From an uncultured Actinomycetes bacterium (GTDB lineage: Bacteria; Actinomycetota; Thermoleophilia; Gaiellales; Gaiellaceae), in the NCBI GenBank assembly GCA_963711315.1, contig CAVQDQ010000004.1, forward strand, positions 7,825 through 71,824: a DNA stretch of 64,000 nt, written 5' to 3'. A model generated the notes under the pieces. It did no database searches. It saw only the letters and a list, made by a program, of their open reading frames with translations, and had not been told where the DNA came from. Each line of letters starts with the position of its first letter. The first letter of the stretch is position 1. The translations under genes were made by a program, and so were the position numbers. Positions 1 to 12,370 of this stretch are shown in pieces.

Positions 1-401
1 CGTCGACCGCGTCCGCGGGCACCATCTCGTGGAATCTCAGCAGCTCGCCGAGTGCCTGGCGCACCGTCATGCGCGGGTTGAGCGAGGCGAAGGGATCCTG
101 GAAGATCATCTGGATGCGACGCCGCACGGCTCGCTCGCGCTTCGCGCCGAGCGGCGCACCCGCAAATCGGAGCTCCCCGGCCGTCGGCTCGTAGAGGCCG
201 ACGATGCAGCGCCCGAGCGTCGTCTTGCCGCAGCCAGACTCGCCGACGAGGCCGAGCACCTCACCCTGCGCGATCTCGAGATCGACGCCGTCCACGGCCC
301 GCAGGACGGCCCGCTCGTCGCGGCGCACGGCGTTTACGACGCTCCTGCTGTAGCGGGAAATGCTTGACGAGGCCCGCCACCTCGAGCAGCGGCTCAGCCA
401 T
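1..401 (-). pseudogene. Peptide/nickel ABC transporter ATP-binding protein (OppF/DppF-like). The 3' end lies outside the window and there is an apparent frameshift after about codon 16.
   Basis: The ATG at 401-399 overlaps the upstream stop (ATGGCTGA). The N-terminus reads MAEPLLEVAGLVKHFP. The frame then changes near 352-356 to ...[29 protein letters not shown] (Walker A) ...IQMIFQDPFASLNP, and the gene runs off the window edge. Confidence 0.75.
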
Positions 402-1404
402 CAGCGATCACCGGCTCCCGCTGCACGTCTGCTACGCAGAGCTCGGAATGAATGCAGGCGGTCCCGCGGTCGCCACCCATCGGCCTCAGCGGGAACTCCC
501 CGGAGGTGCAGTCTGGCTGTACGAAAGGACATCGAGGGTGGAAGCGGCAGCCCGGCGGCGGCGCAGCGAGGTCGGGCGGCGAACCCGGGATCGTCATCAG
601 CGTCTCCCGCACCAGGTCTATGTCGGGCACCGATCGCAGGAGGCTGAGGGTGTACGGATGGCGGGGCTCGCGAAACACGTCGTCTATCGGCCCTGTCTCG
701 ACTACCTGGCCGGCGTACATGACGGCGATGCTCTGGCACGTCTGAGCGACGACCGCGAGGTCGTGGGACACGAAGACGACGCTGACCTGGAGCTCGCTGC
801 GGAGCGACTCCAGCAGCTTCAGGATCTGGTCCTGGATCGTCACGTCGAGCGCCGTTGTCGGCTCATCGCAAAGGATCACCCTCGGCTCGAGCGAGAGCGC
901 GATCGCGATCATCACTCGCTGCTGCATGCCTCCGGAGAGCTCGTGGGGATAGGCCTCGTATCGCCGCGCGGGGTCCGGAATGCCTACCTGCTGCATGAGC
1001 TCGAGGGCGCGCTTGCGCGCACGGCGTCGGCTGTAGTCGAGCCGTACGAGTGGGCCTTCGGCGATCTGGTCGCCCGTGCGCATGACGGGGTTCAGAGCCG
1101 TCAGCGGCTCCTGGAAGACCATCGCGATCTCCCGACCGCGTCGCCGGCGCAATTCCTCCGCCGAGGCGCGAGCGAGGTCGACGCCCTCGAAGAGGATCTC
1201 CCCGCCGGCGAGGCGAGCCTGGCGTGGAAGCAGGCCGACGAGCGCCCGCAGCGCCATCGTCTTCCCGGAGCCGGACTCGCCGACCAGCCCGAGCGCCTCG
1301 CCGCGGCGGAGCTCGAAGGAGGCGCCGTCGACGGCGCGCACGATGCCGCGTGCGAGCGGGAACTCCACCTGCAGGTCGCGGACGCGGAGGATGGTGTCGG
1401 TCAT
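394..1404 (-). CDS. Peptide/nickel ABC transporter ATP-binding protein (OppD/DppD-like)
   Basis: Starts MTDTILRVRDLQVEF. Contains Walker A GESGSGKT, the signature LSGGMQQR and Walker B ILCDEPTTALD. It has the C-terminal oligopeptide-type extension with Cys residues. The ATG overlaps the permease stop (ATGA at 1401-1404). The upstream part of ORF 394..2118 is out-of-frame read-through. Confidence 0.93.
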   Translation of the reverse strand: MTDTILRVRDLQVEFPLARGIVRAVDGASFELRRGEALGLVGESGSGKTMALRALVGLLPRQARLAGGEILFEGVDLARASAEELRRRRGREIAMVFQEPLTALNPVMRTGDQIAEGPLVRLDYSRRRARKRALELMQQVGIPDPARRYEAYPHELSGGMQQRVMIAIALSLEPRVILCDEPTTALDVTIQDQILKLLESLRSELQVSVVFVSHDLAVVAQTCQSIAVMYAGQVVETGPIDDVFREPRHPYTLSLLRSVPDIDLVRETLMTIPGSPPDLAAPPPGCRFHPRCPFVQPDCTSGEFPLRPMGGDRGTACIHSELCVADVQREPVIADG

Positions 1405-2270
1405 TCCGGTCGCAGGAGATCGGCGAGGCCGTCGGCGATGAGCGCCAGCCCGAGGGCCGTCAGGATGACCGCGAAGCCCGGGAATGTGGCGAGCTCCCAG
1501 TTCGTGGTCAGGTAGGGCTGCCCGTCGGCGATCATGCGGCCCCAGTCCGGCGTCGGCGGCGGCACACCAAGGCCCAGAAAGCCGAGCGTGACGATGGCGA
1601 GGATGACGAGGACGATGTCCGACATCGCGAAGACGATCGCCTGCGTGATCACATTCGGAAGCACGTGCCGGCGGATGATGCGGAAGCTCGACAGACCGGC
1701 AGTCCTCGCGGCGAGGATGTACTCGCGGCGCTTGACGGCCAGCACCTCCCCCCGCACGATGCGGGTATAGGACACCCAGCCGACGAGCGCGATCGCGATG
1801 TAGATGTTGCGCGTGCCCGGTCCGAGAGCGAAGATGATCGCGAGGATGAGGACGTAGAAGGGGAACGCGACGACGACGTTCACCGCCCAGCTCGAGATCG
1901 AATCCACCGAGCGTCCGAAGTACCCCGAGACCAACCCGATCGCCGTGCCGAGAACAAACGGGATGAGCACGGCGAGGACGGCGATGCGCAGGTCGGTACG
2001 CACGGCATAGATCATCCGCGTCAGGACGTCGCGCCCGAGCTCGTCCGTGCCGAGCGGGTGGTTCCACGACGGCCCTTGGAGGTTGGCCAGGAGATCCTGC
2101 TGGATCGGGTCGTGCCACGTGACGAGCGGGGCGAACACCCCGAGCATCGTGATGAGCACGATGATCGAGAGGCCGGCGACAAACGAAGGTGTGCGGTACC
2201 AGCGGTGTCTGAACCCCCGCCGGTGCTCGACGACCGCGGCTTCGAGGATGGGCTCGGCTGCGCTCGCCAT
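1401..2270 (-). CDS. ABC transporter permease (DppC/OppC-like)
   Basis: Intact 289-aa ORF. It is multi-TM and carries the binding-protein-dependent transport motif region (...AARTAGLSSFRIIRRHVLPN...). Its start overlaps the upstream stop (TGATG). Confidence 0.92.
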   Translation of the reverse strand: MASAAEPILEAAVVEHRRGFRHRWYRTPSFVAGLSIIVLITMLGVFAPLVTWHDPIQQDLLANLQGPSWNHPLGTDELGRDVLTRMIYAVRTDLRIAVLAVLIPFVLGTAIGLVSGYFGRSVDSISSWAVNVVVAFPFYVLILAIIFALGPGTRNIYIAIALVGWVSYTRIVRGEVLAVKRREYILAARTAGLSSFRIIRRHVLPNVITQAIVFAMSDIVLVILAIVTLGFLGLGVPPPTPDWGRMIADGQPYLTTNWELATFPGFAVILTALGLALIADGLADLLRPE

Positions 2271-3217
2271 CAGTCGAACCTGACCCGCGGGTCGAGCGCG
2301 GCGTGCAGGATGTCCGCCAGCAGGTAGACGATCACGATCATGATCGCGAAGACGAGAGTCACGGCCTGGACGACCGGGAAGTCGCGCTGCAGGATCGAGT
2401 TGATCATGAGCTGGCCGATGCCCGGCAGGGCGTAGACCTGCTCGATGATGAGCGTGCCGCCCACGAGGAAGCCGATGCTGACGGCGAGCACGGAGATCGT
2501 CGAGATGATCGCGTTGCGGAGGCCGTGGCGGATCAGCACCCGCCGCTCGGGCAACCCCTTGGAGCGCGCGGTCACGATGTAGTCGGACTCGAAGACCTCG
2601 AGCAGGCTCGCACGCAGGCTGCGGACGAGGATCGGTATGAGGCCCAGCGCCACCGTCAGCGCCGGTAGGAACATCGAGTGGAGGTGCCCGAACGGGCCCG
2701 GATCCATAGCCGCTTACGGGGAACAGCCGTCCGCTGTTGAGCGCGAACGCGAGTCAGCAGCATGATCCCGATCCAGAACGACGGGAAACCGAGGCCGACG
2801 AGTGGGACCGCCCTGATCACATGGTCGGACACGCCTTCACGCCTCGCGGCGGCAATGGTTGCGAGCGGGACAGCGAGCAGTACCGAGAAGAGCGCTCCGA
2901 GGCCGATCAGCCAGAGCGTGACCGGCAGCCGGTCGAGCACCAGCCGCCCCGCAGGGACGTCGTAGAAGAGCGAGGTTCCGAGGTCCCCGCGAACGAGTCG
3001 CTCCATATAGCGCTCGTACTGGACGGGGAGCGGCTTGTCGAGCCCCCATTCCTCGTGCAGCAGCTGGATCTTCTCGGGCGTCGCCTTCGTTCCCGAGGAT
3101 CGTTCGCGCTGGATCACCGGGGACGAGGTGGATGAGGAAGAAGACGAGGAACGTCACGCCGAAGATGACAAGAATCATCTGCAGCAGGCGCCGCACGACG
3201 TAGCCGCCGAGGCTCAC
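2270..3217 (-). pseudogene. ABC transporter permease (DppB/OppB-like), reading frame broken at least 3 times
   Basis: The GTG at 3217 is preceded by GGAAGGAGGG. The N-terminus MSLGGYVVRRLLQMILVIFGVTFLVFFLIHLVPGDP is in one frame. KIQLLHEEWGLDKPLPVQYERYMERLVRGDLGTS...FPSFWIGIMLL is in a second frame. FALNSGRLFPVSGYG is in a third. GHLHSMFLPALTVALGL...TARSKGLPERRVLIRHGLRNA... is in the ORF 2270..2707 frame. Confidence 0.8.
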
Positions 3218-3247
3218 GTCCCTCCTTCCGGGGTGCTCAGAGCGGAG

Positions 3248-4811
3248 CTAGGAGAGCCAGACGTCCTCCAGGTGGTAGTTCCCGAGCGGGTAGACGAAGA
3301 AGCCGTGTACTTTGTCCGACGTGGCGTAGCGGAACGGCGTATAGAACAGGAACCCCATGAAGGCGTCCTGTGCGGCAAGCCGCTGGATCTTCTAGTAGAT
3401 CGAGCGACGCTTGGCGGGGTTCGGCTCCCGCTGTCCCTGGTGCGTGAGCTTGATCACGGTCGGGTTGGAGTACCCCGTGTAACGAGCTTTGCGTTCCCGC
3501 CCTTCGGGTCGACGGCGAAGGTCACGAGCTCGTCCGGGTCGGCGATGTCCATCGTCCAGTAGCTGAATGCCAACTGGTACTTGCGCTCCTGGATCTGGGT
3601 GAACTCCGTGCTCGTGTCGACCTGACGGAACTTCACGTTGATCTTGAGCGCCTTCAGCGCCTGCTGGAGGACCTGGGCGATCGCGTTCTCGTCCGACGCG
3701 CCGGCGCCGACGAGCATCTCGACGGTGAAGCCGTTCTTGTACTTCGACTTCGCGAGCTCGGCCTTCGCCTTCGCCGTGTTGTACTGGATCCCCGGCGAAT
3801 TCGGGTCGTAGTAGGGAACCTGCGGCGGCATGAAGGAGTTGGCCGGCTTGCCGAAGCCGAAGAGGAGCGACTTGATGATTCCGGCGCGATCGATCGGAGT
3901 ACGAGATGGCGCGGCGAACGTGCACGTCCTTGAGCGGCGCGTAGGCCTCGTTCATGACGCAGATAGTCGGTCCGGGTCGACGGGAAGAGGAACATCTTCA
4001 CGCCGGATGTGTTCTGCAGCTTCTTGATCGAGTTGAAGGGCGGGAACTCGTCCACCTGGATCTGACCCCCGCGCAACTGCAGCTCCCGCGTGTTCTGGTC
4101 GGAGACGTACGTCCACTTCACCGCGTCGAGGTACGGCTTGCCCTTCTGCCAGTAGTACGGGTTGCGCTTGAAGGTCACCGATTGCCCGACGACGCGCTTG
4201 TCCCACATGAACGGGCCCGTGCCGATCGGATGCTTGTAGAACTCGGCCCGCTTCTGGCCGGCGAAGTTCTTGGGGATGATCCCGTTCGCGAACAAGCCGG
4301 TAACGGCGACGAACGGTGCCCACGGGTACTTGAGGTTGAAGACGACCGTCGAGGGGTTGGGCGCCTGGACGTTCTTGATGGCGACGTCGAGGTAGCCCCA
4401 GCCCTGGTCCTGGGCGCGTGCGTCGTCGATGGAGAACTTCACGTCCGCCGCCGTCATCGTCTTCCCGTTCGAGAAGCGGACGCCCTTGCGCAGCTTGAAG
4501 CGTGTACTTCTTGCCGTTCTTCGAGACCTTGTAGCTCGTCGCCAGCCAAGGAATCAGGGTCTTGCCGTCCGGTCCGACGGTGTAGAGGGACTCGTTGATC
4601 TGCTCAACGAGCCAGATCGACTCGTTCTGGAAGACGTTGGTCTTGTCGAACGACTGCGAGTCCTCCTGCCGCGCGATCGTGAGGGTTCCTCCTCGCTTCT
4701 GCTGGGCCGCTTGGGTCTCGTCAGAGCCGGCTGAGGCGCCGAGCGTGCCGAACGTGACGGCCGGATCAGCGGCACGAGTGCGGCGATTGCGATCGCGAGG
4801 CGAGTGCGCAC
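3248..4811 (-). pseudogene. ABC transporter substrate-binding protein (family 5, DppA/OppA-like). About 5 frameshifts plus one in-frame TAG.
   Basis: The GTG at 4811 has a strong RBS (AAGGAG, 7 nt upstream) and is followed by the signal-like VRTRLAIAIAALVPLI. Conserved blocks are spread over ORFs 3952..4869, 3654..4457, 3392..3955 and 3454..3831. Examples are GGTLTIARQEDSQSFDK, PIGTGPFMWDKRVVGQSVTFKRNPYYW and YSNPTVIKL. A TAG at 3392-3394 sits where ...RRSIY-Y-KIQRL is expected. The final stop is at 3248-3250. Confidence 0.8.
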
Positions 4812-4890
4812 CGGTGGGCTCCTTTACGAGACGGGACTTCGAGCAATGGAAGGGGTGCAAGAATCGCACACTTTCTCCGGGGCCGTCTAG

Positions 4891-4920
4891 CCGACCGAAC
4901 CGGCACCTTCGATCGGTCGG
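4891..4920. other. Stem-loop (8-bp stem CCGACCGA/TCGGTCGG, 14-nt loop) between the SDR stop and the binding-protein start
   Basis: The inverted repeat is read directly from the sequence. There is no U-tract after it on the minus strand, so a terminator function is unproven. Confidence 0.3.
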
Positions 4921-4921
4921 C

Positions 4922-5621
4922 TCAAAACATGGAGTAGCCGCCGTCGATGGAAAGCACCTGGCCGGTGATCCAGCTCGACTCCTCGGCGACGAAGAAGAGC
5001 ACGCCGTTCGCGATGTCCTCGGGCGTGCCCAGCCGACGGACGGCGATCTGTTCGAGCAGTTGCGCCTGCCTCTCCGTGCCGTAGCTCTCCCACTGCCTGA
5101 TGCTGGACGGGTTGGACGGCACGAAACCGGGGGCGATGCTGTTGACGGTGATTCCGAAGCGGCCGAGCTCGTGGGCCGTCTGCCGCGTGAAGCCGATCTG
5201 ACCGGCCTTGGCGCTGGCGTAGGCCTGAATGCCCGTGAGGCTGACGCTCCGTCCCGCGCCGGAGGAGATGTTGACGATGCGCCCGTAGCCCGCCGCCTTC
5301 ATGCCCGGGGACGACCGCTCGTGTGCAGACGAACGTGCTCGTCAGGTTCGCATCGACGACTGCTCGCCAGTCGTCGTCGGAGACCTCTTCGAGTGGCCTA
5401 CCGACCTGTCCGCAGACGCCGCCGGCGCAGTTGACGAGGATGTCGATCCGGCCGATCCGCTCGACGAGCGCTGCCACCTGCTCCGAGTCGGCGACGTCGC
5501 AAGTATCCCGATCGACGCCGTGAGCGCTTGCTCCGTGCTCCGCGAGTGCGCTCTCGATCGCCGCTCCGATTCCCCCGGCCGTGCCGGTGACGAGCGCTAC
5601 GCGGCCCTCGAGGTCAGGCAT
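4922..5621 (-). pseudogene. Short-chain dehydrogenase/reductase (FabG-like), one apparent frameshift
   Basis: The N-terminal half MPDLEGRVALVTGTAGGIGAAI...NCAGG... lies inside ORF 4887..5867. The C-terminal half MKAAGYGRIVNISSGAG...YASAKAG...ITGQVLSIDGG is ORF 4922..5302. The break falls in the GCCCGGGGA run at about 5303-5311. Confidence 0.85.
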
Positions 5622-6323
5622 CACGCCAGCCAGTCGCGAGCACCTGGCGGACTTCTTCGACCCCCGCCCGCCAGATCCGCAGGACGTCCTCGTCGGGCCG
5701 CTCGTAGAGCCCGCCGAACGAGCCGTCTCCGAGCAGCTCCCGCACGTCGGCCGGATCTGTCTCGCGCAGCGCCGACACGTCCACCATCGGCTTCCGCTCT
5801 CGGGGTGTGTCGACGTCGGGGAGGCGCGTCCAGGGGAAGTTCTCGAGCCAGGATGCGTGGCTCGCATCGGGGTCGACGGCCTGGACCTCTGCCCACGTGC
5901 GCGGCGCGTTCCACCAGTTGTGCCAGAGAATCTCGACCTCGGGATGTGCCGCCGCCCAGTCGTCGACGACAGGCAGGCCGGCCTCGTTCCCGCCGTGGCC
6001 GTTCACGAGCAGAAACCGGCGAAAGCCCTGGCCATGCAGGGCATCGATCAGCTCTCGGAGCACCGAGCCGTACGTCTGTGCGGAAAGCGTGGGGCTGCCC
6101 GGGTACGCGGCGAAATACGGCGCGATGCCGTACGGAAGCGCTGGCAGGACGGGGACGCCGAGCGGCTGCGCCGCCTCGACCGATACCCGCTCGGCGAGGA
6201 TCTGGTCGACGGCGAGCGACAGGTAGGCGTGCTGCTCGATGGACCCGAGCGGAAGCACGATCCGATCGTCCTCGCTCGCAGATACTCCTCGAGCTGCATC
6301 CAGTTGCAGTCCTGGATCCTCAT
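5614..6323 (-). pseudogene. Creatininase-family amidohydrolase, one apparent frameshift near the N-terminus
   Basis: MRIQDCNWMQLEEYL (ORF 6048..6323) continues as ...DDRIVLPLGSIEQHAYLSLAVD...LLVNGHGGN (ORF 5614..6258). The ATG overlaps the amidase stop (ATGA at 6320-6323). Its stop overlaps the SDR start by 8 nt. Confidence 0.8.
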
Positions 6324-8431
6324 CCGGTCAGCCGCTCGTAGACAGCCGCCACAGAGAGCAGCAGGTCGTCCTTGCCGGCAGCTGCCGCAAGCTGCAGGCC
6401 CGCAGGCAAGGTGCCTTCCGCGATGCCGCAGGGAAGCGAGACGGCCGGCACTCCTGCCAGGTTGTAGGGACCGGTGAAGCGTGCCTCGATGTCACCCTCG
6501 GGGGTTCCGACCGGGGGATCCTCCGGAGGCGCCGGATACGACACCGTCGGCCCGGCGAGCACATCGACCTCGTTGAAGACGCGGGCGAAGCCGTCCGCGA
6601 CTCGCTCCTTGGCGGCAAGGCCGCAGGCGTACGCGGCCTCGTCCATCTTCTCACCTGCGTGGAGCAGCGAGCGCGTGCCCGGACCGTAGCCCTCTCCTTC
6701 CCGTGCGAGCAGGTCGCGGTGCACGTCATAGGCCTCTTTGAGGATGATGGCGCCGAGCGCATCGTCGGCGAGGTCGAGCTCGGGCACATCGACGTCCACG
6801 AGCTCGAACCCAGCCTCCGCCAGCCGCTCGATCGCCTCCGCGACTCGAGCCCGTACCTCTGGACGAACGTCCCGATCCTCGAGCTGGCGCTTGAGAACGC
6901 CCACCCGCAGCCCGTCGACCGGTCGGAGGCGAATCGCTCGACCGGCGAGCACGCCCAGGAGGGTCGCCGTCTGCTCGACCGTCCGCGTCAACGTGCCCAC
7001 GTGATCGCACGTGGGCGAGAGCGGAAAGACACCGTCGACCGGCACGAGGCCGAAGGTCGGTTTCAGGCCAACGATGCCGCAGTACGCGGCGGGAATGCGA
7101 ATCGAGCCGCCCGTGTCCGTGCCGAGGGCGTAGTCACAGACGCCGGCGGCGACAAGTGCCGCCGAGCCGCTGCTCGAACCCCCGGACGTGCGGCTCGTGT
7201 CGAGCGGGTTGAACGTCATCCCGTAGGTCGGGTTGACGCTGCCGGCCGCGTACTCCAGCAGGTTCGTCTTGCAGAGAAGCTCTGCCCCCGCCGCTCGTAA
7301 GCGAGCGACGACCGTCGCGTCACGCTCGGCTGGTGGCGGAACGCCGACCGTGGAGGCGTTCGTGGTCACGACGCCGCGTACGTCGATGTTGTCCTTGACC
7401 GCCACGGGCATACCGCGCAGCGGCCCGTCGACGCTTTCCTCGGCCGGCTCGAGCGTCGTGATCACGGCGTTGAGCCGCGGACCCTCGGTCTCGAGCCGGG
7501 CGTAGGAGGCGAGCAGCTCGAGGTTCTGCTCCTCGCACCCGCGCCGCCCGTCCTCGATCGCCCGGATGAGCGTGAGCGTGCGCCGAACGTTCGGCCCGTT
7601 GGAGAGCGAGAGCATGGCCTCTGCCTCCGTCTTTCGCCTGCGTACGGCGAGGTCGCGGTAGATGCCGGAGTGTGTCTTGGCCGAGCGCCGGTTGAACTCC
7701 ACGAGGCGCTCGATCGAGCCTTCGAGATCGGCCGGGTCGAATCCGTCGAAGGCCTTCGGCTCGACCGGCGCCTCGGCGAGCATCTCCTCCGCGAGCCGCA
7801 CGAACAGCGGGCGGTAACGCGGCTCTGCGAGGGCATCGGCAATTGACAGGTCCGAGACTGCCGTCGCGAACAGTATCGCGCCGTACGCCTGCTTCGACCA
7901 CAGGTATCCCAGGATCGCGTCGGTCGCCTTTGCGTCCTGGATGTCACGTGCGAGTCGCTCGACACGCTCGCTCGGCCGGCCGTCGATCTCGCCGACGAAG
8001 AAGGCGCCCTTGCCGCCGAGGAAGATCCGCCCGGGGCCAACGTAGTCCGCGCCGATGTTGACGAAGGCGCCCACGGTGCGCTCGGCGCCGACGGCCTCGG
8101 CGATGGCGGGTTCGTTGATGCCGTTCTGGAGAGAGACGACGAATCCCTCGTCGGCGATCCTCGGAGCGATCGTCGCAAGCGCCGCCTGCGTGTGGTGCGC
8201 CTTGACGGCGAGCAGGCAGCCGGTGATGGCCTGGGGGAGGTCCTGCGGCAAGACCGCCGGCGCTCGCACGGTGAACTGCTCGACCGGCCCTTCGATCGTA
8301 ATCCCGTTCCGGTTGATCGCCTCGACGTGGTCGCGGTCGGCATCGCAAAAGAGCACGTCGTGGCCGTCGCGCGCAAGCCGGGCGCCGACGGTGCCGCCGA
8401 TCGCTCCCGCTCCGACCATCACGTACTCCAC
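6320..8431 (-). CDS. In-frame fusion of a ketopantoate-reductase-family (ApbA/PanE) domain and an amidase-signature amidase
   Basis: VEYVMVGAGAIGGTVGARLARDGHDV... (Rossmann) ...RRRKTEAEAM...LIRAIEDGRR runs directly into ...RLNAVITT...GMPVAVKDNID...GGSSSGSAALVA...GTDTGGSIRIPA (AS signature) with no stop. The upstream 240 aa of ORF 6320..9151 are Arg/Ser-rich antisense to hsp20/lon and were not called. The start was taken as the GTG at 8431. Confidence 0.8.
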   Translation of the reverse strand: MEYVMVGAGAIGGTVGARLARDGHDVLFCDADRDHVEAINRNGITIEGPVEQFTVRAPAVLPQDLPQAITGCLLAVKAHHTQAALATIAPRIADEGFVVSLQNGINEPAIAEAVGAERTVGAFVNIGADYVGPGRIFLGGKGAFFVGEIDGRPSERVERLARDIQDAKATDAILGYLWSKQAYGAILFATAVSDLSIADALAEPRYRPLFVRLAEEMLAEAPVEPKAFDGFDPADLEGSIERLVEFNRRSAKTHSGIYRDLAVRRRKTEAEAMLSLSNGPNVRRTLTLIRAIEDGRRGCEEQNLELLASYARLETEGPRLNAVITTLEPAEESVDGPLRGMPVAVKDNIDVRGVVTTNASTVGVPPPAERDATVVARLRAAGAELLCKTNLLEYAAGSVNPTYGMTFNPLDTSRTSGGSSSGSAALVAAGVCDYALGTDTGGSIRIPAAYCGIVGLKPTFGLVPVDGVFPLSPTCDHVGTLTRTVEQTATLLGVLAGRAIRLRPVDGLRVGVLKRQLEDRDVRPEVRARVAEAIERLAEAGFELVDVDVPELDLADDALGAIILKEAYDVHRDLLAREGEGYGPGTRSLLHAGEKMDEAAYACGLAAKERVADGFARVFNEVDVLAGPTVSYPAPPEDPPVGTPEGDIEARFTGPYNLAGVPAVSLPCGIAEGTLPAGLQLAAAAGKDDLLLSVAAVYERLTG

Positions 8432-8507
8432 GCAGCCGATCCTGGCACAGGCGAGGTCGGCGTGAAGGCCGCGCTCGGGCCGCGGACTTGGCGCGGGCGG
8501 CGATGGG

Positions 8508-8513
8508 TACGCT
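8508..8513 (+). promoter_or_regulatory. Putative -10 hexamer TACGCT 6 nt upstream of the hsp20 ATG (leaderless-type start)
   Basis: A TANNNT hexamer lies at a fixed short distance from the start codon. No Shine-Dalgarno sequence lies between them. The same pattern recurs at other operon heads in this window. Confidence 0.35.
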
Positions 8514-8519
8514 TGCCGA

Positions 8520-8960
8520 ATGGCCCGGCGTCGAGGCATCGAACGGCTCCAGACCGAGCTCGACGAGCTCTTCGAAGACCTCTGGCGAGGGCCCTGGTTC
8601 ACCGGGCAGCGCGCCGGCTTCCGGCCACGCGTCGACGCATTCGTCACGGAAGACCCGGCCGAGCTGACCATCGTCGTCGAGCTCCCGGGCGTCGACGCTG
8701 CGGACCTGAGCCTCGTCGTCGTCGGCGACGTGCTCGTCGTCTCCGGCCATCGCGGGCTCAGAGCCCGGCTCCGAGTGCACCGCCTCGTGGTACCAGGTGG
8801 AGATCCCCCGCGGACACTTCGAGCGCCGAGTTCGGCTGCCGGCGCACGCAAACGCGGCAGCCGCTCGCGCCGGCTACTCGCGCGGGCTGCTGACGATCGT
8901 GCTCCCCTTCGCTCCACGCTCCACGACCCAGGAGCCGGTACCCATTCCGGTGCAGGCGGG

Positions 8961-8964
<4 letters not shown>
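8520..8964 (+). pseudogene. Hsp20/alpha-crystallin small heat-shock protein, one apparent frameshift
   Basis: The N-terminal part ...FRPRVDAFVTEDPAELTIVVELPGVDAADLSLVVVGDVLVVSGHR is in the lon frame. The C-terminal part ...SWYQVEIPRGHFERRVRLPAHANAAAARAGYSRGLLTIVLPF... is in the +1 frame. That frame ends at a TGA at 8962-8964 overlapping the lon ATG (ATGA). The break is near 8752-8760. Confidence 0.8.
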
Positions 8965-11361
<2,397 letters not shown>

Positions 11362-11378
<17 letters not shown>

Positions 11379-11909
11379 AGGTCGTCTCGAGGATCCCGCA
11401 GTCTTCCGGAGTGTCGGTAGAAGCCTCCCAGCGACAGAGCAGCTGATACTCGGTTCGCCTGCTGAGAAGCAACGTCAGCCGCTGACGTAGCTCAACGCCC
11501 TGCCGTTCGTAGCCGATCTCGTACAGCCGCCCGCGCAGCCCTCCTCGCCGCACGGTCTTCGGCTCTTGCTCCAGCTCGCCCCCGAGGCTCTTGGCCAGCC
11601 GCTCGGCCACGCCGTCGAGCTCCTCTGCCGCCTGCGTCCACAGAGCGGGCCGATACGGCTTGACGAGTGGGAAGACAGTGACCGACACCAGCTCCTGACT
11701 GCCTTCCTCGGCGGGCAGAACACTGACCGAGCGCGGCGCGCGCGAAAGCTCTCTCCCCTGGGGAGCCGAAAATGTGAAGCCGGGGCCGGAGACGGCCTCG
11801 TCGCGAGCGGCTCGCCGGCGTCGCTCTTGCCGCCGCAGCCGGCCATGGCGATCGCCGCCAGCGCTACGGCGAGAGTCACGTGCGTAAGGCGTGGGCGACG
11901 GGGGTACAC
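11362..11909 (-). pseudogene. Hypothetical lipoprotein, frame break between the signal peptide and the mature part
   Basis: The GTG at 11909 gives VYPRRPRLTHVTLAVALAAIAMAGC (lipobox AMAGC) in the ORF 11475..11987 frame. The mature part GPGFTFSAPQG...LYEIGYERQGVELRQRLTLLL...CRWEAS is in the ORF 11362..12012 frame. The break is near 11810. No family was recognised. Confidence 0.55.
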
Positions 11910-11941
11910 TCGAAAGAACGATACGGAAGCGGGGTGAACGC

Positions 11942-12370
11942 ATGAGCAAGTCCACGAGCAAGGTCCTAGGTGCCGCCGAGACGGCACGCCCGTACGTGGA
12001 GCGGGCGATCACCGATGAAGAGTTCCGGGAGAGCCTCCGCAGCGCGTTCCTCGCGGCGAAGCAGATCTACGACGGGCTTGCGCCGCCGAAGGGCGTCTCC
12101 GGGATCGCCAGCAAGGTGGCGAAGGACGAAGAAGTCCAGGAGAACCTCAAGCGCGCAGTGGCGGAGCTACGCTTCGCGGCCGACCGGGTGCAGGCCGGCA
12201 AGGAGAGCCACGGTCTCCGCAACGTCTTCCTGATCCTCATCGGCGTCGCGATCGGCATCTTCTTCAACCCGTTCACGGGCCCGGAGACCCGGAGCTGGGT
12301 GAAGGGACGAGTGTCCGGCGGCGAGTTCTCGTACAACGGCCAGGAACAGGTCGAGACCGTTCCCGCCTAG
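11942..12370 (+). CDS. Hypothetical protein with one C-terminal transmembrane helix
   Basis: The ATG at 11942 is preceded by GGGGTGA. The sequence MSKSTSKVLGAAETARPYVERAITDEEFRESL... is helical and charged, followed by the hydrophobic NVFLILIGVAIGIFFNPF. Codon bias is consistent with coding. Confidence 0.6.
   Translation: MSKSTSKVLGAAETARPYVERAITDEEFRESLRSAFLAAKQIYDGLAPPKGVSGIASKVAKDEEVQENLKRAVAELRFAADRVQAGKESHGLRNVFLILIGVAIGIFFNPFTGPETRSWVKGRVSGGEFSYNGQEQVETVPA

Noticed and set aside
8432-8519. A CIRCE or HAIR heat-shock operator upstream of hsp20-lon
   Set aside because: There is no TTAGCACTC-N9-GAGTGCTAA or CTTGAGT-N7-ACTCAAG-like inverted repeat. Only two short CTTG direct repeats are present.
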